Virus record (IMG/VR): IMGVR_UViG_3300037493_004552
Coordinates: 2,235-66,234 of that record
Source of the DNA: a virus
Lineage: Duplodnaviria; Caudoviricetes
Length of the DNA stretch: 64,000 nt
Strand: one strand, 5' to 3'
Below, piece after piece: positions 50,508 to 63,289 of this stretch. Position 1 is the first letter of the stretch. The number at the start of each line of letters is the position of its first letter. A program made the position numbers and the translations under genes. A model generated the notes under the pieces. It was not told the DNA's origin. It searched no databases and saw only the letters and a list, made by a program, of their open reading frames with translations.

Positions 50508-51139
50508 TCATCTTTAACTGTTAAAGGTGATATATCATCATCTATCTTTTCTGTGATAGGAGCCGTCTCCTCTGGGATCACAGCGATTATATTGTCTTTC
50601 CCCTCATCCACAGTATTCACTACCGCGTTCACTACCGCGTCCACATCATCAACCTGTGTGGTCTTGTATGCGATATCTTCGATTGTCTGTTGACTTTTGA
50701 TTATCGCCTTGAGTTCTTTGATCTCCTCTCTGAGATCATTGATATCATCTCATGATGATTTCGGTTTGCTGGATAGCTGTATTGATGATTGATTGGGTTG
50801 GGTTGGTAACTGAATGATATCGTCGATGATCGATCTGAGTATTTCGTCGCTCACCTCTCTGTCATCGATTATCGCTTTACCGTCCCGCGTGATCGGGATG
50901 CGTATCTCGTTAGTCGGGTTATTCAGTAATAGGTAGTCAGGCGTCTTTCATTCCTTCTGTCGCTTCCACTGTTGGAACTGTTGTGGATACTTGCTCTGGA
51001 GGATATCATGTACTTGTGGCGCGTTCTGTTGCGCTAGATCATGGATGAACATCTTCAGTTCATGAGTCAGAAGATTTCACATCATCTTGTAATTTAGTTC
51101 CTGATAATACTTGTTGTCGTGTTTTAAAAACATTGGCAT
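50489..51139 (-). CDS. hypothetical protein with acidic C-terminus (216 aa)
   Basis: Open frame directly upstream of terL. Confidence 0.6.
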
Positions 51140-51314
51140 ATTCTTTAGAATGTAAAATGGTACCTGTCAGTTCCCGTCAGGCGAAGGTTGTTAGATAGTG
51201 GACAGCCGTTTTGGCTTGAGCAGGCAATGCATTGTATATGGTTTTCTTACCAATAAATTGTGCTAAGTCTATTTGACCATCTCTTTTTACTTGTTCGAGA
51301 TCGATTTTGTGCAT
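50919..51314 (-). CDS. hypothetical protein
   Basis: Open frame; 3' part overlaps the next gene. Confidence 0.45.
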
Positions 51315-51317
51315 GAA

Positions 51318-51728
51318 TTATTTTTTTTTCTTTGGTAAAGGAGCATTGTGTTTTCTAACTAAATCTTCTTTTGGCTGTTTCTTTTTTGCCATAGATACTG
51401 TTGATTTATTAGTGATTTTGTTTTGTTTCTTCACAATAAGCTTGATTGAGTCCTTTACTATTTTTTCCATAAGCAAAGGAATTTCATTAGCAAGATTGAA
51501 TTTGTTGAGACTGGTAATCTCGTCTGCTACTAATCGACCAATATTGTGGACGATGGTTTCGTAGTGGGCAGGAAGGAGATCGGGTTGTTTTGGGTGCATA
51601 AGTCCTTGTTCAAATAGACTAAGTCATGTCACAACAATCTCGTTGTAGATATATCTAGCCTGTTTGTCCCGCTTCTTTCGTTGCTTATGGGCCTTTGAAG
51701 AAGCATGAAATTTCATTTTATTATCCAT
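51318..51728 (-). CDS. basic hypothetical protein (136 aa)
   Basis: Extends the ORF-track fragment through TGA. Confidence 0.6.
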
Positions 51729-51739
51729 GTGATAGGAGA

Positions 51740-52117
51740 TTATATAAATAAAAACTTTGTAATATTATGATATGCTTCTAGGGCATGTTTATAAATTAAT
51801 GCCTCGGGAGTTTTGGTCGTAAGTCTTGTAATCCTATCTCTGATTGATGTAACAGCTCAATCTAATTGTGATACAAGCTCTCTTTTTTTATCATCCATTG
51901 TATCATTCATAAGATCATCCTCCGCGGTAGCTAAACTTCTAAGCATATCATTCAATTCTGCTTGAGAAAATTGAAGCACTATTCGTTCTTTAATTGCTTC
52001 ATTTGACTCAATAAAATCAGTTGCAACCCTAACTTTTAAGTTGTCTTTGCTTGCTTTGAGATTATCCACTGTTTTTTCTAAGTGGTTAATTCTTAATTGT
52101 GCTGTGTTTAAATCCAT
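51740..52117 (-). CDS. coiled-coil hypothetical protein (125 aa)
   Basis: Open frame. Confidence 0.6.
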
Positions 52118-52149
52118 GATTATAGGGAAAAGGATAAAAGGTTATCTAT

Positions 52150-52177
52150 GATATAAAGTTATGGTTGAGAAAGTCAA
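52150..52177 (-). promoter_or_regulatory. promoter TTGACT-N16-TATATC
   Basis: Upstream of ATG 52117. Confidence 0.45.
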
Positions 52178-52243
52178 CTGAATCTTTCAACTATCTTTAT
52201 AATCCTGTGATAGGACTGTCCGCCGTCTCCGTCCCAGATGGTA

Positions 52244-52786
52244 TTAGTCTGTAGCATATTCTCGTTTAAATCAACCAGCGGTGTTGAAGTTCGGTTTCTT
52301 TCTGAGGCAATTAGATATCTGTGGGGCAGCAATTCATAATTCCCTTACAACATCTGATGTACTAGATCGTATCTTCATAACCTCACTAGTATGTTTGTTT
52401 ATCTGTTTTATGGGTATTGATTGTGGATGTTTAGCTCAGAATTTTCATTTGAATTGCAATCAGAATCATTTTCATAGCACCTCTCTACCATGGATTAGAT
52501 TGTCTCTGTGGTCTATCCACTCTAAATTATCTATACAATTATCTGTCTTATCTCCATTCTTATGATTAATTTCTAATTTATTATCGGGATTGGGGATAAA
52601 TGCATAAGCTACTAATCTATGGACCCTACACTTCTTTTTTTTTCAGTGACCATTACTTAAGCCGACCTTGAGATATCATTTCTCGTTTGGTTGAGGTTTA
52701 AGTAGATTAAGTCATCTAACTTTTCATGTGTTACTTACTTCGTATTTCCCCTCAAAACCATAGATGTCCTTTCGGATTTCTTCCAT
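52244..52786 (-). CDS. free-standing NUMOD4-HNH-NUMOD1 homing endonuclease
   Basis: MEEIWKDIYGFEGKYEVSNTGKVR; VHRLVA...INHKNGDKTDN..NLEW; TAGGFKWEY. Confidence 0.92.
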
Positions 52787-52819
52787 TTTTTAATAGATTA
52801 AAGATTAAAAGTTTATTAT

Positions 52820-52847
52820 ATTATAATGAAAGTAATTATTAATGCAA
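52820..52847 (-). promoter_or_regulatory. promoter TTGCAT-N16-TATAAT heading the morphogenesis arm
   Basis: Upstream of the first minus-strand gene. Confidence 0.55.
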
Positions 52848-52849
52848 GT

Positions 52850-54550
<1,701 letters not shown>

Positions 54551-54554
54551 CATT

Positions 54555-55388
54555 ATGAAAAACTCTACACCTACTACCCAGCCAATGAGCAATGAACTCA
54601 TTAGCAATCCATCCTTAGCTACATTGCTAAGACAACAACTATCTCAGGAAGATTTGATAGACCTTGGTCTTATAAGGAATCCAATCTACGATAACCACGA
54701 AGTGGTTAAACAAATCAAAGATGAGTTGTCTCACTATCAAGACGACCAATCAGAACGAGGAATTGAATACGCTGGCTCTCTCTCTGCTCAAGAGGAAGTG
54801 TCCAACGATGAACTCGCCAGGGCCCTTGATCCATCAGACCTGCTCACCCTAAGGGAGCAAGACACACCAGCTTTAAAGCGTAACAACTTCTGGTATGTGG
54901 ACAAGAAACGCAACGACAAGGATTGATACACACGCTATCTCTTAGCCAACGGTAACGAGCGCATCGTCACCGACGACGAGATGCAATCCAATCCGTGGTT
55001 CGCTTACCAGAGAAACCTATCCGATGCACGGGAGGACGGAGATATGGATGAGTACAATCAACTCAAACAAGAGTGGAAACAATCTCACGATTCTCTTCAT
55101 CTTAATGAGTCCAATGCGGACACATCAGAGCAATGCTTCCTTAAGATGTGAACAAAACTTTATTGAGATGCAATTACTTTACCAAGTAATCTATTGAAGT
55201 TAATAAAAGAACATAGACATCTTAATAAAAAGAATTGAATGTCAATGTCTACGGCACGACGACCTAAGGAACAATACAAACTTATATCTTATTTGGATAT
55301 GTTTCAGTCACCTATAAAACAACTACTAAAACTACAAACAAAAATCAAACTTGTAAACATAAACAATAAAACAATTGCTATCTTATAG
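54555..55388 (+). CDS. first early gene, hypothetical (277 aa)
   Basis: Open to TAG 55386-55388. Confidence 0.65.
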
Positions 55389-55467
55389 TTCAAATGTAAT
55401 TGATTCAAAACAATTACAATAAACTATAAACAATTAAAAGTTTCTTTTATTCTTTTCTTAAATTAAA

Positions 55468-55734
55468 ATGTACAAACTTACAGACAACAACAATCAACTC
55501 TTCGTTACCGTAACATCAACCTTCACTGACAAAGATACAGGTGATGTAAAAGAATTCAACAACAAGTACAAAGTTGCAACTGGCGTTACGAGAGAGACCA
55601 TCACTGAATGGCTCGACAATCAGAACCCAGACTTCCTAAACAAAAACATCAAAGACTACTTGCTTCCCGCTTGAATCGTTACTGAATCAGGGAACAAAAA
55701 ATTGATTGGAGATATGCTAAACCAAATAGCATAG
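55468..55734 (+). CDS. hypothetical protein (88 aa)
   Basis: Open frame followed by a terminator. Confidence 0.65.
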
Positions 55735-55751
55735 TCTACTAACCTACTACC

Positions 55752-55789
55752 AGAGGGACGGGCGACCAGCTCGTCTCTCTTTTTTTTTA
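55752..55789 (+). terminator. intrinsic terminator
   Basis: AGAGGGACGGGC...GCTCGTCTCTCT stem plus poly-T. Confidence 0.75.
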
Positions 55790-55808
55790 TATCTTTCCAA
55801 TCTCATCT

Positions 55809-56021
55809 ATGTCAATAGTAATACTCTTGTGTATAATAGTTTGACTTATAAACTATCGTATAATGTTCTTGCAATACAAACAACATTGCTTACAACAAGC
55901 GAGAAGTAACTATCTACGGGACGCGTGAAAAAAAATAATTAAAGATACGAAGCGACAAGAAGAATGTCGCAACTATCTTATCCCTTATGTGTCGGGTCCC
56001 ACAACCCAACACATACAATAA
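55809..56021 (+). CDS. small membrane-anchored hypothetical protein
   Basis: Hydrophobic N-terminus, open frame. Confidence 0.35.
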
Positions 56022-56167
56022 CATAAAGAACTCTTTGTGTGATAGGAGCGACATCGTCACACCCCGCATATTTATTTATCTTATCCGCTTGTGTCACTGC
56101 GACGATGTCCTGTCACACATGAAACATCTAAGATCTAAGTAGTTTTTATTTTCATTATCATTTCCCC

Positions 56168-56602
56168 ATGTGAATCTTCACCTGACAAATCAATGTTAAT
56201 GAGGCGTTGTCCTACATTAATACAGAGTTCTTATCTAAGATCAAAGAGGGCATGGTCATCACCAAGGACTACGCCCTAGACCTGGGAGCGAGATACTCAC
56301 AGTATGCTATAACAATAGATGTAGTCATGGCAATAGTACGATGAACTCTTTTTCTTACAGCACTTTTGCTATTGAAGAAAATGTTTAGACGATGCAAGCA
56401 TATCAATTCAAAAGCAGATTATGAAAACGAATGAGTTGCATATGTTATGTTCGTAGTTCAATTCGTTGCTATGATTTGATTCTTTGTATGAGCCATTACT
56501 AATGTAATGGATCTAGTCAAACGAAAGTTCGTACCTGAAGTTCAGATGTACCAAGTAATCATGGACATCAAGAATGGTAACACAACTAGCAATGATAGAT
56601 AA
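56168..56602 (+). CDS. membrane protein (2 TM, 144 aa)
   Basis: CCCC-ATG start; two hydrophobic helices. Confidence 0.65.
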
Positions 56603-57179
56603 TCTATCTCTCATCAAACCACTACTCAAGTGGGACGGGCCCGAGCAGTTCTACTTCATACAGATCATCGTACGCAAGAAAGATATAGCTGGTATGCAAA
56701 GTAACAACAGGGTTATCAAAGATTACTATGTATACTCAGAAGAATACTTAGACAAAGTATATCCAGAGATACAGAAACTATGTAAGCTCTTTGATGCACG
56801 TGCATACATCAGACTATCAAGACGCGACGCGGCTGAGATAGCTAAGGATCTTATTGTTCTGGTAGGCGAAGCCTTCAGGAACAACAGCTTCCAGCATCTA
56901 CGCAAGATCTATTCAACTGCAGTTGGACAGAACCTTGGGTTAGATAAGCTATGGATCATTGACCTGGACTGAACAGACACATCGTCGGCAGCTAGGATCA
57001 CTGAAGCAATCAATGTCTTACAACCGACAGGCATAACCAATAAAGTTGTGACTACTATACCAACTAAGAATGGTATACATCTAATCACAACTCCGTTTGA
57101 TTTGATGAGGTTCCAAGACAATGGCTTCCATAAAATAGATGTACACAAAAACAATCCAACACTTTTATATTGTATGTAA
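56592..57179 (+). CDS. stand-alone protein with AEP-like motifs (195 aa)
   Basis: RKKD, ARAYI, WIIDLD, PTKNGIHLIT, HKNNPTLLY. Confidence 0.6.
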
Positions 57180-57184
57180 CAACT

Positions 57185-57805
57185 ATGCTATGATACATAG
57201 TAAAGATACTCGATTGTCCTAAGGTATCTAGTCCAAGTGGACGGCCGCATTGAGTAGGCGACTACGGACAAGTAACTAAGACATCACCACTATCGGTAGA
57301 GGTGAAGACAGCAGATGGTGCATGCATCCGATATCTCAAATGAGAAGTCGAAGTCTACTCACGCACGCCTATTGATCTTATCCTGATTGGTGGTAAGTCT
57401 TTGCCAGTCAAGCAAGCAGAGCTTGATGATTTTTATTCTCTTAATAAATTATCCACCATGGAAACACAATCACTAGAGCAACTTAAGTTCAACAAGTATG
57501 TTGAAGAAAACGAATGAGACATCGTCGACTTGAGTGAATCAATCGATGCTAAGCTCGAAGATCTTAATGACTTAGGCCACACATGCGGTGACCTATACAT
57601 CACAGTTAAGACGCAGTCGGCAGCTATGTCCAATGCATTCAAAGAATGCAACAAAGAACGCTTGATCAAACATCAAAACATTCTTAAAGTTTACGATGAT
57701 CTATTCGCATCAAAGGAATACGCAGCGTTAGTTGAAGCAACTAAAGCATTGGATAGAAAGATAGTTATCGATAGTTATCTTATTGAGTTGTGATTTATAT
57801 TCTAA
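57185..57805 (+). CDS. hypothetical protein (probable internal start at 57458)
   Basis: One open frame; T-rich start box before ATG 57458. Confidence 0.5.
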
Positions 57806-57816
57806 TAACTATCATC

Positions 57817-58176
57817 ATGAACAAGACAATCATTAAAGAGATCAAGTTTATCTTGGACAAACTAATGGACGACGGGGACGACGACCGCTTAGGCGGAGCA
57901 TCCCGAACTCTAGTCTATAACCTAGACAAATTAGTTTGGAACTACCACAAAGATAAAGCGATAGCATTATGAATGACGACAAGTAAAGCTTGACGATTCA
58001 TGGAACTATCAAGACAAGAACCTCTTGTTCAATACACAAGAGACGCAGTCGAGATCCTGGTTGATGTAGCATCACATGCTAACAACCCAACTATCTTCGC
58101 AGCCACAGCCTTATGTGATATCTATACTAAGGCATTGGATAAATTCTACGACGAGATAGTACAAGCAAGTGCGTAA
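57817..58176 (+). CDS. hypothetical protein (119 aa)
   Basis: Open frame. Confidence 0.6.
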
Positions 58177-58267
58177 TAGTATTATATAGAATGGACTGTA
58201 TGAGACAGTCCATTCAGTTATCATGCTAGCACGTGATAAATATTTTATTTTATTATTTATTATTCCC

Positions 58268-58801
58268 ATGGAAACAAATCTAATGAAAGTCTCTATTGCA
58301 AAACTCTGAACTTCAATACAAGAAGTTGAGATAGCAGTATGAGCGACAGCAATGGACGCTCTAAGAAAAGCAGGATTCAATCTTGATTGAATAGTTTCAA
58401 TTAAAAGAAACTGAACAGTCATCGCTCTTGATGCAGCTTTAACAGCAGAAGATGTCTTGCTTGTATCAATAACTAAGGTGAAAGGTTGACTCGATGAGCC
58501 AACTGCAACCGAAACTCCAGTCAATGTATTGAAGTTATCTTTCCACATCGTGAAAGAAAATCAACCAGAAGTTAATGGACAAGTAGCATTCACAGACGAC
58601 ATGTCTACGTTCGACATCATCAAACAAGTCATGAATTCTAAAGGAGTTTCATTAAACGACTTCAAAGAAATCAAAGATGCAGAAGGTAACGCAGTTACAT
58701 TCTCAGACAAACTTGTTGACGGTGGTTCATACAAAATCGTTATCTCTGATACTCCAGCAGGATCAGAAGACGAAGACGATTATGAAGAAGACGATTCTTA
58801 A
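58268..58801 (+). CDS. ubiquitin-like precursor: 74-aa beta-grasp ending KVKGG, linker, second beta-grasp-like domain, acidic tail
   Basis: MKVSIAKLG..QEVEI..GATAMDALRKAG...IKRNG...DVLLV..KVKGG (ThiS/Ub pattern). Confidence 0.8.
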
Positions 58802-58864
58802 TAAGCTTTTCTCTAGGTTTTACTTCCCCGAAAATCTAGCGTGTGGTTGTACATGCAACTCGAT

Positions 58865-58897
58865 AACCCTGGTACGATAAGCCAGGGGTTTTCTTTT
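58865..58897 (+). terminator. hairpin terminator/attenuator between the Ubl and E2 genes
   Basis: AACCCTGG...CCAGGGGTT followed by a T-rich run. Confidence 0.6.
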
Positions 58898-58916
58898 ACT
58901 TTAATTTTAATAGTAG

Positions 58917-60419
58917 ATGTTCATACATGAAGACTTCAAAGAAGATCTCAAAACATTAAGGGCTGACTTACAAACTAAGTTCGCTTTCCCAGCGGACGGA
59001 GTCGACAGTCTACCTAATGAGAAGATCATCGAAAAACTTAGAGAGATATTCTCAGGTGAACGTAACCTACATAATCACAGGTTAGTCTCTGATACCTGAC
59101 AAGATTATTATATTAATTTAATTCTAGATAATGTTGTATCAATAGATGATTCATTCATTCGACTAAAGGATTGACTGTTCAGACGAACTGGTCTAACGGA
59201 TTTAATTAATACAATAGAACAGGAATCAACTGAAGCTGAACTCTTCAAACCTAATAAGGTATGCCGCGTTTGTTCATCAGACAAACTCAGAACATTAAGT
59301 CTCACAACAATGAGAGATTATATCTGAAGGCATTACAAAGTAATTACCTATCATAAAGACGAGCTCCCTGAGTGAGTATTAGATAGTATGATTCATATCT
59401 ATACATCCAGACAACGCAGACTTGTATACGTACAAGATGCATACGAAAACTGGTATTCAATACCACAATGTACATTAGTTCCTACATCAATCAAAGACCT
59501 TGTCGCTCATGAAAGAAAGATCATGCTAGAGAAAATCATTTATGATTTACAAGACAATGCTAAATTCAAACTCGAAGAGTTGTCTAATGAATACTCTGAG
59601 AAACTCAGAGAGTTTATGGAGGCAAGCAAAAAGCTTGAACAGAATATGACATCAGACTACACACAAGAAGCGGAACGCATCTTGGAGATCCAACTCAATG
59701 TTAAATCTATTCTTGAAAAGAATGAACAGATAACTGATGTTAAATATATTATGGGTAAAGAACTCATAATCGAAACTGTTCCTCTATTCTGTGGTGATAC
59801 TAAGCTACCAATAGGTAGATATAGAATCACAATACCATTGAAGGAATGGAACCCTAAAGCAATTAATATGGATATAGGTAAAGATAATGGTTACCAACAT
59901 CCACATATACAATCCAACTGATCATGTTGTCTTGGTGAATACATATCACCTATGAGAACATCATTCAGCAAACAAGATTATATTACTCTTGCTGGATTCT
60001 TTATCGAGTTTCTCGAATCGTTAAACGAAAATAGTGTATATCAATCAATGGAGAACTGGCAACAAAATAATTACAAGAGATTCATTCCTTATCTTGATAA
60101 GCAACCTAAGGTAGCGAAGCAAGTTAATGGTGAAGCACCAAGCATCATCATCATAGATGATCCAGAAACCACATCTGAATCAGAACCTGAACCTGAATTA
60201 CGCGTATCATATAACTGACCATTGGATGAAGCAATTGCTGTTGCTAATGAAGAAACAGCATCATTACAATCTGCTCTTGCTCAAAAAGAATTGCAAGAAA
60301 GAATTGCACAAGCAGACTCAGATCGCATCGATAGAGAGCAAGACGAACAGATGCAAGCTGAAGAGCATCCAGAAAACGACGATGCTTATACTGAAGCAAA
60401 TACACCAGCAACATTTTAA
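58917..60419 (+). CDS. E2 (UBC-fold)-like conjugating protein with N-terminal domain, coiled coil and acidic tail (500 aa)
   Basis: IGRYRITI...YQHPHIQSNGSCCLGEY matches HPx(I/V)xxxGxxCL. Confidence 0.7.
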
Positions 60420-60434
60420 TTCTTTTATATACTC

Positions 60435-61430
60435 ATGGCTAGACCTAAATTAAAAGTTGCTGTACTTATCTCAGGATATGTAGCTCAACTTATTGACAGA
60501 CTCCACGAGGAGTATCCTAATACAGAGCGAAGCGGGATTGCTAGGATAGAGAAACGTGAAGGTCATTACTTAGTAACTGACATTCGTTTCCCTAATCAAT
60601 CAAACACCTGAGGGAACACCGAGATCAAGGACGGTTGATTAGAATCTTTGCTAGAAGATATCTTCACCAACAATCCTGAACAACTCCACGAACGAAAGGT
60701 TCGAGTTCACTCTCATCATTCAATGTGAGTCTTCCGATCAGGTACAGATGCTTCAGCAAAAGCATCATTCAATGATGGTAACATGGATTACCGATGGTCA
60801 ATTGTTACAGCTTACAAAGCTAACTCCATCACATATAAGTGTGCATTGAACGTATTCAAACCAGCCAATATAGAATTCGATGTACCAATCAAAGCAGAAG
60901 AATTCAATCTTGAAGAATACTTATCGCTTACTATGCCTGACTATCTCACATATAAAAAGGCATACGATAATCTCACCGCTCAGAAAGACGCGGCGATGGA
61001 AGAATATAATCAGCCTTATGTGCCAACAGAAGCTGATGTAATTACACTTATAAATATCTTCAACGTCGAAGACAACGAAGACAACCGCGCATCTTGTCTT
61101 GAGATTCTTGAAAAGAATTCCAAAGGACAAAAGAAAGCGTGAGCACATCGTATCATTGAGACATACAATGATGAATGTGAAGAATTATTAGACTTCTTTG
61201 GTTGAGATATATTCGCAGACAAACTCATAGAGTTGGCTGATTCAATAGAAGCTACTAGAATATATCCAGTATATAACCCACATCAAAAAACATCGTTTGG
61301 TACTGATGGTTATCCTGATCCATTGCCTGGACAAAGATGATTGTTCGATCCAGAACAATCTAAACCAGACAGACCAGGATCAAACTCAGCAATTTTAAAT
61401 CATTACTGATATCCCGATGACCGAGACTAA
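60435..61430 (+). CDS. JAB/MPN+ metallo-isopeptidase (331 aa)
   Basis: TEWSG glutamate; WVHSHHSMGVFWSGTD is an exact HxHx7Sx2D. Confidence 0.9.
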
Positions 61431-62076
61431 TAAGGAAAGATATCATAACCAGCTAGATATAATCAATCCGCTCTTCGAGCAGACTAAGGTCGTTGTGATA
61501 GGAGCGGGTTGAATTGGTTCCACTACTATCATGTGCCTAGCACAGATGTGAATCAAAGACATCACAGTAATAGACTTCGACACAGTCGAAGATCATAACC
61601 TCGCGTCTCAATTATATAAGGAGACTGATGTTAATAAAGTTAAAGTGCTTGCACTCCAAGAGAATGTATTAGCATTCACTGGGATAACTATTCAAACCAT
61701 CAGTTCAAAGTTCAGACCAGAGATGGTCAAAGACGCAGACATCGTTATCATTGGTGTAGACAACATGGCTACACGCAAGGAAGTGGTCGAGTCACTCACC
61801 ACTAAGACCAAGAGATTCATCGATGGTCGCATGCAATGAGAAGCATTCGAATTACATATGTTCATACCAGTATTCGAGACACCATTGTATATGAATACGC
61901 GGTACCCAGACAGCGAAGCTTCCCCAGAAACTTGCACCAACAAAGCCGTATCATATAATACATTTGCTATTGCTTCTGTCATATCTAGAGTCGTAGTCGG
62001 CATCATCAAAGATGATCCAGCTATCATGAAGAAGACAAACATTCAAGTTGATTTACATAACTTAATCATTTCATAA
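61417..62076 (+). CDS. E1-like ThiF/MoeB adenylyltransferase (219 aa)
   Basis: RYHNQ, IGAGGIGS, DFDTVEDHNLASQ, GVDN..TR, IDGRM, PETC. Confidence 0.92.
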
Positions 62077-62399
62077 TGCGAGTACTCAGAGACTGGGGTA
62101 ATTGATATGATGTCTATGTTCACATCAAACTATTCGATTCGCTTGATGATGCCATCAAAAAATGGAAGATAATGCTCAAGCGTGATCTCATTGCTATATT
62201 TTACAATGACGAGAATAGAAATACTGAACTCGGTATTGAAAATTTATTAAAAGAAATCACATTAGAACATGGTTGAAAACTAGTAGTAGAGGATTGTTAT
62301 TCCATCTACTATGATCCAGACAAAATGAATTATTCATATTACGATTACAATGATGACTATGAATCTCATATGGATATCCTTGATTTACCTATAACTTAA
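62076..62399 (+). CDS. hypothetical protein (107 aa), translationally coupled to E1
   Basis: TAATG overlap. Confidence 0.6.
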
Positions 62400-62404
62400 A
62401 CCTC

Positions 62405-62791
62405 ATGCATTCACTTTACTTTGTTATGTTCGAAAAAGAAAGAGCTGTTTCAGCTGGCGTAGCAGGCTGAGTTGCTGGTAATATTTTAGATGATGAATGA
62501 TTTTGTAATACATGATTTTTCTGATCAGGCAGATCAGATCGATATGAGATCGGCGGACGCCGAAAAGGATTGTTTGAACAGTTGTTTAATCCTGATCTTA
62601 ATCTTACAAATATATCTTCTATCGCTACATCAGCGATACTCATCACTGATGAACTACGTCTTAAATTTTGTATAGAAGAGCGAAGCGATGTTCAAATTTT
62701 TGATGCTGATAATTATGACGAAATCTGTGTTAAAGATTTAAGATCACAACATAACAATAAGCGACTTGTTATTGTAGATTATCATTGTTAA
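62405..62791 (+). CDS. conserved phage protein with a DWYxIGGRW motif
   Basis: SDWYEIGGRWKG (both W=CGA, R=CGC); ends IVDYHC. Confidence 0.75.
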
Positions 62792-62812
62792 TTTTATATT
62801 GTAATTATTATT

Positions 62813-63280
62813 ATGAAACTTTATAAATGTAAAGTTATCAACAACGAAATATTAGACGAGCTTGTGCGAGCAGAAGATCTCAAGACATTGAAATCTAATT
62901 TGCTATTAGCTAAGAGATGACTAGTTGGTTACAACGAGATCTTATTTCCTGATTGATTTGATAATTATTATGAGCTAGAAAAGCGATGTAATATCAATCA
63001 ATTATTATTGATCACTATTTGCGAATGATTTCATATAAGAGACTTAGGAACTACATTAGCATGATATGCATATATCATTCCACCACATCTTAAATGAAAA
63101 CTCTGACCAGAGACATATAAAAAGGAATGAGCATATATGCTTGATTTCGATATGATTAGTTGAATATCATGAAGGTATCAAGCATTAATCGTAGCGGAAA
63201 AGAAAGCGGCAGTCGAAGAAAAACAACGCATTGTTTCGTTAGCTGCAGCCAATTCAAAAAAGAAAAAGAAAACTAATTAA
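62813..63280 (+). CDS. hypothetical protein (155 aa)
   Basis: Open frame in the recoded table. Confidence 0.6.
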
Positions 63281-63289
63281 TCCACCACA

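Noticed and set aside
61417-62076. ThiF as a thiamine/molybdopterin auxiliary metabolic gene
   Set aside because: No other cofactor-pathway or sulfur-transfer genes; it is adjacent to E2-like and JAB genes instead.
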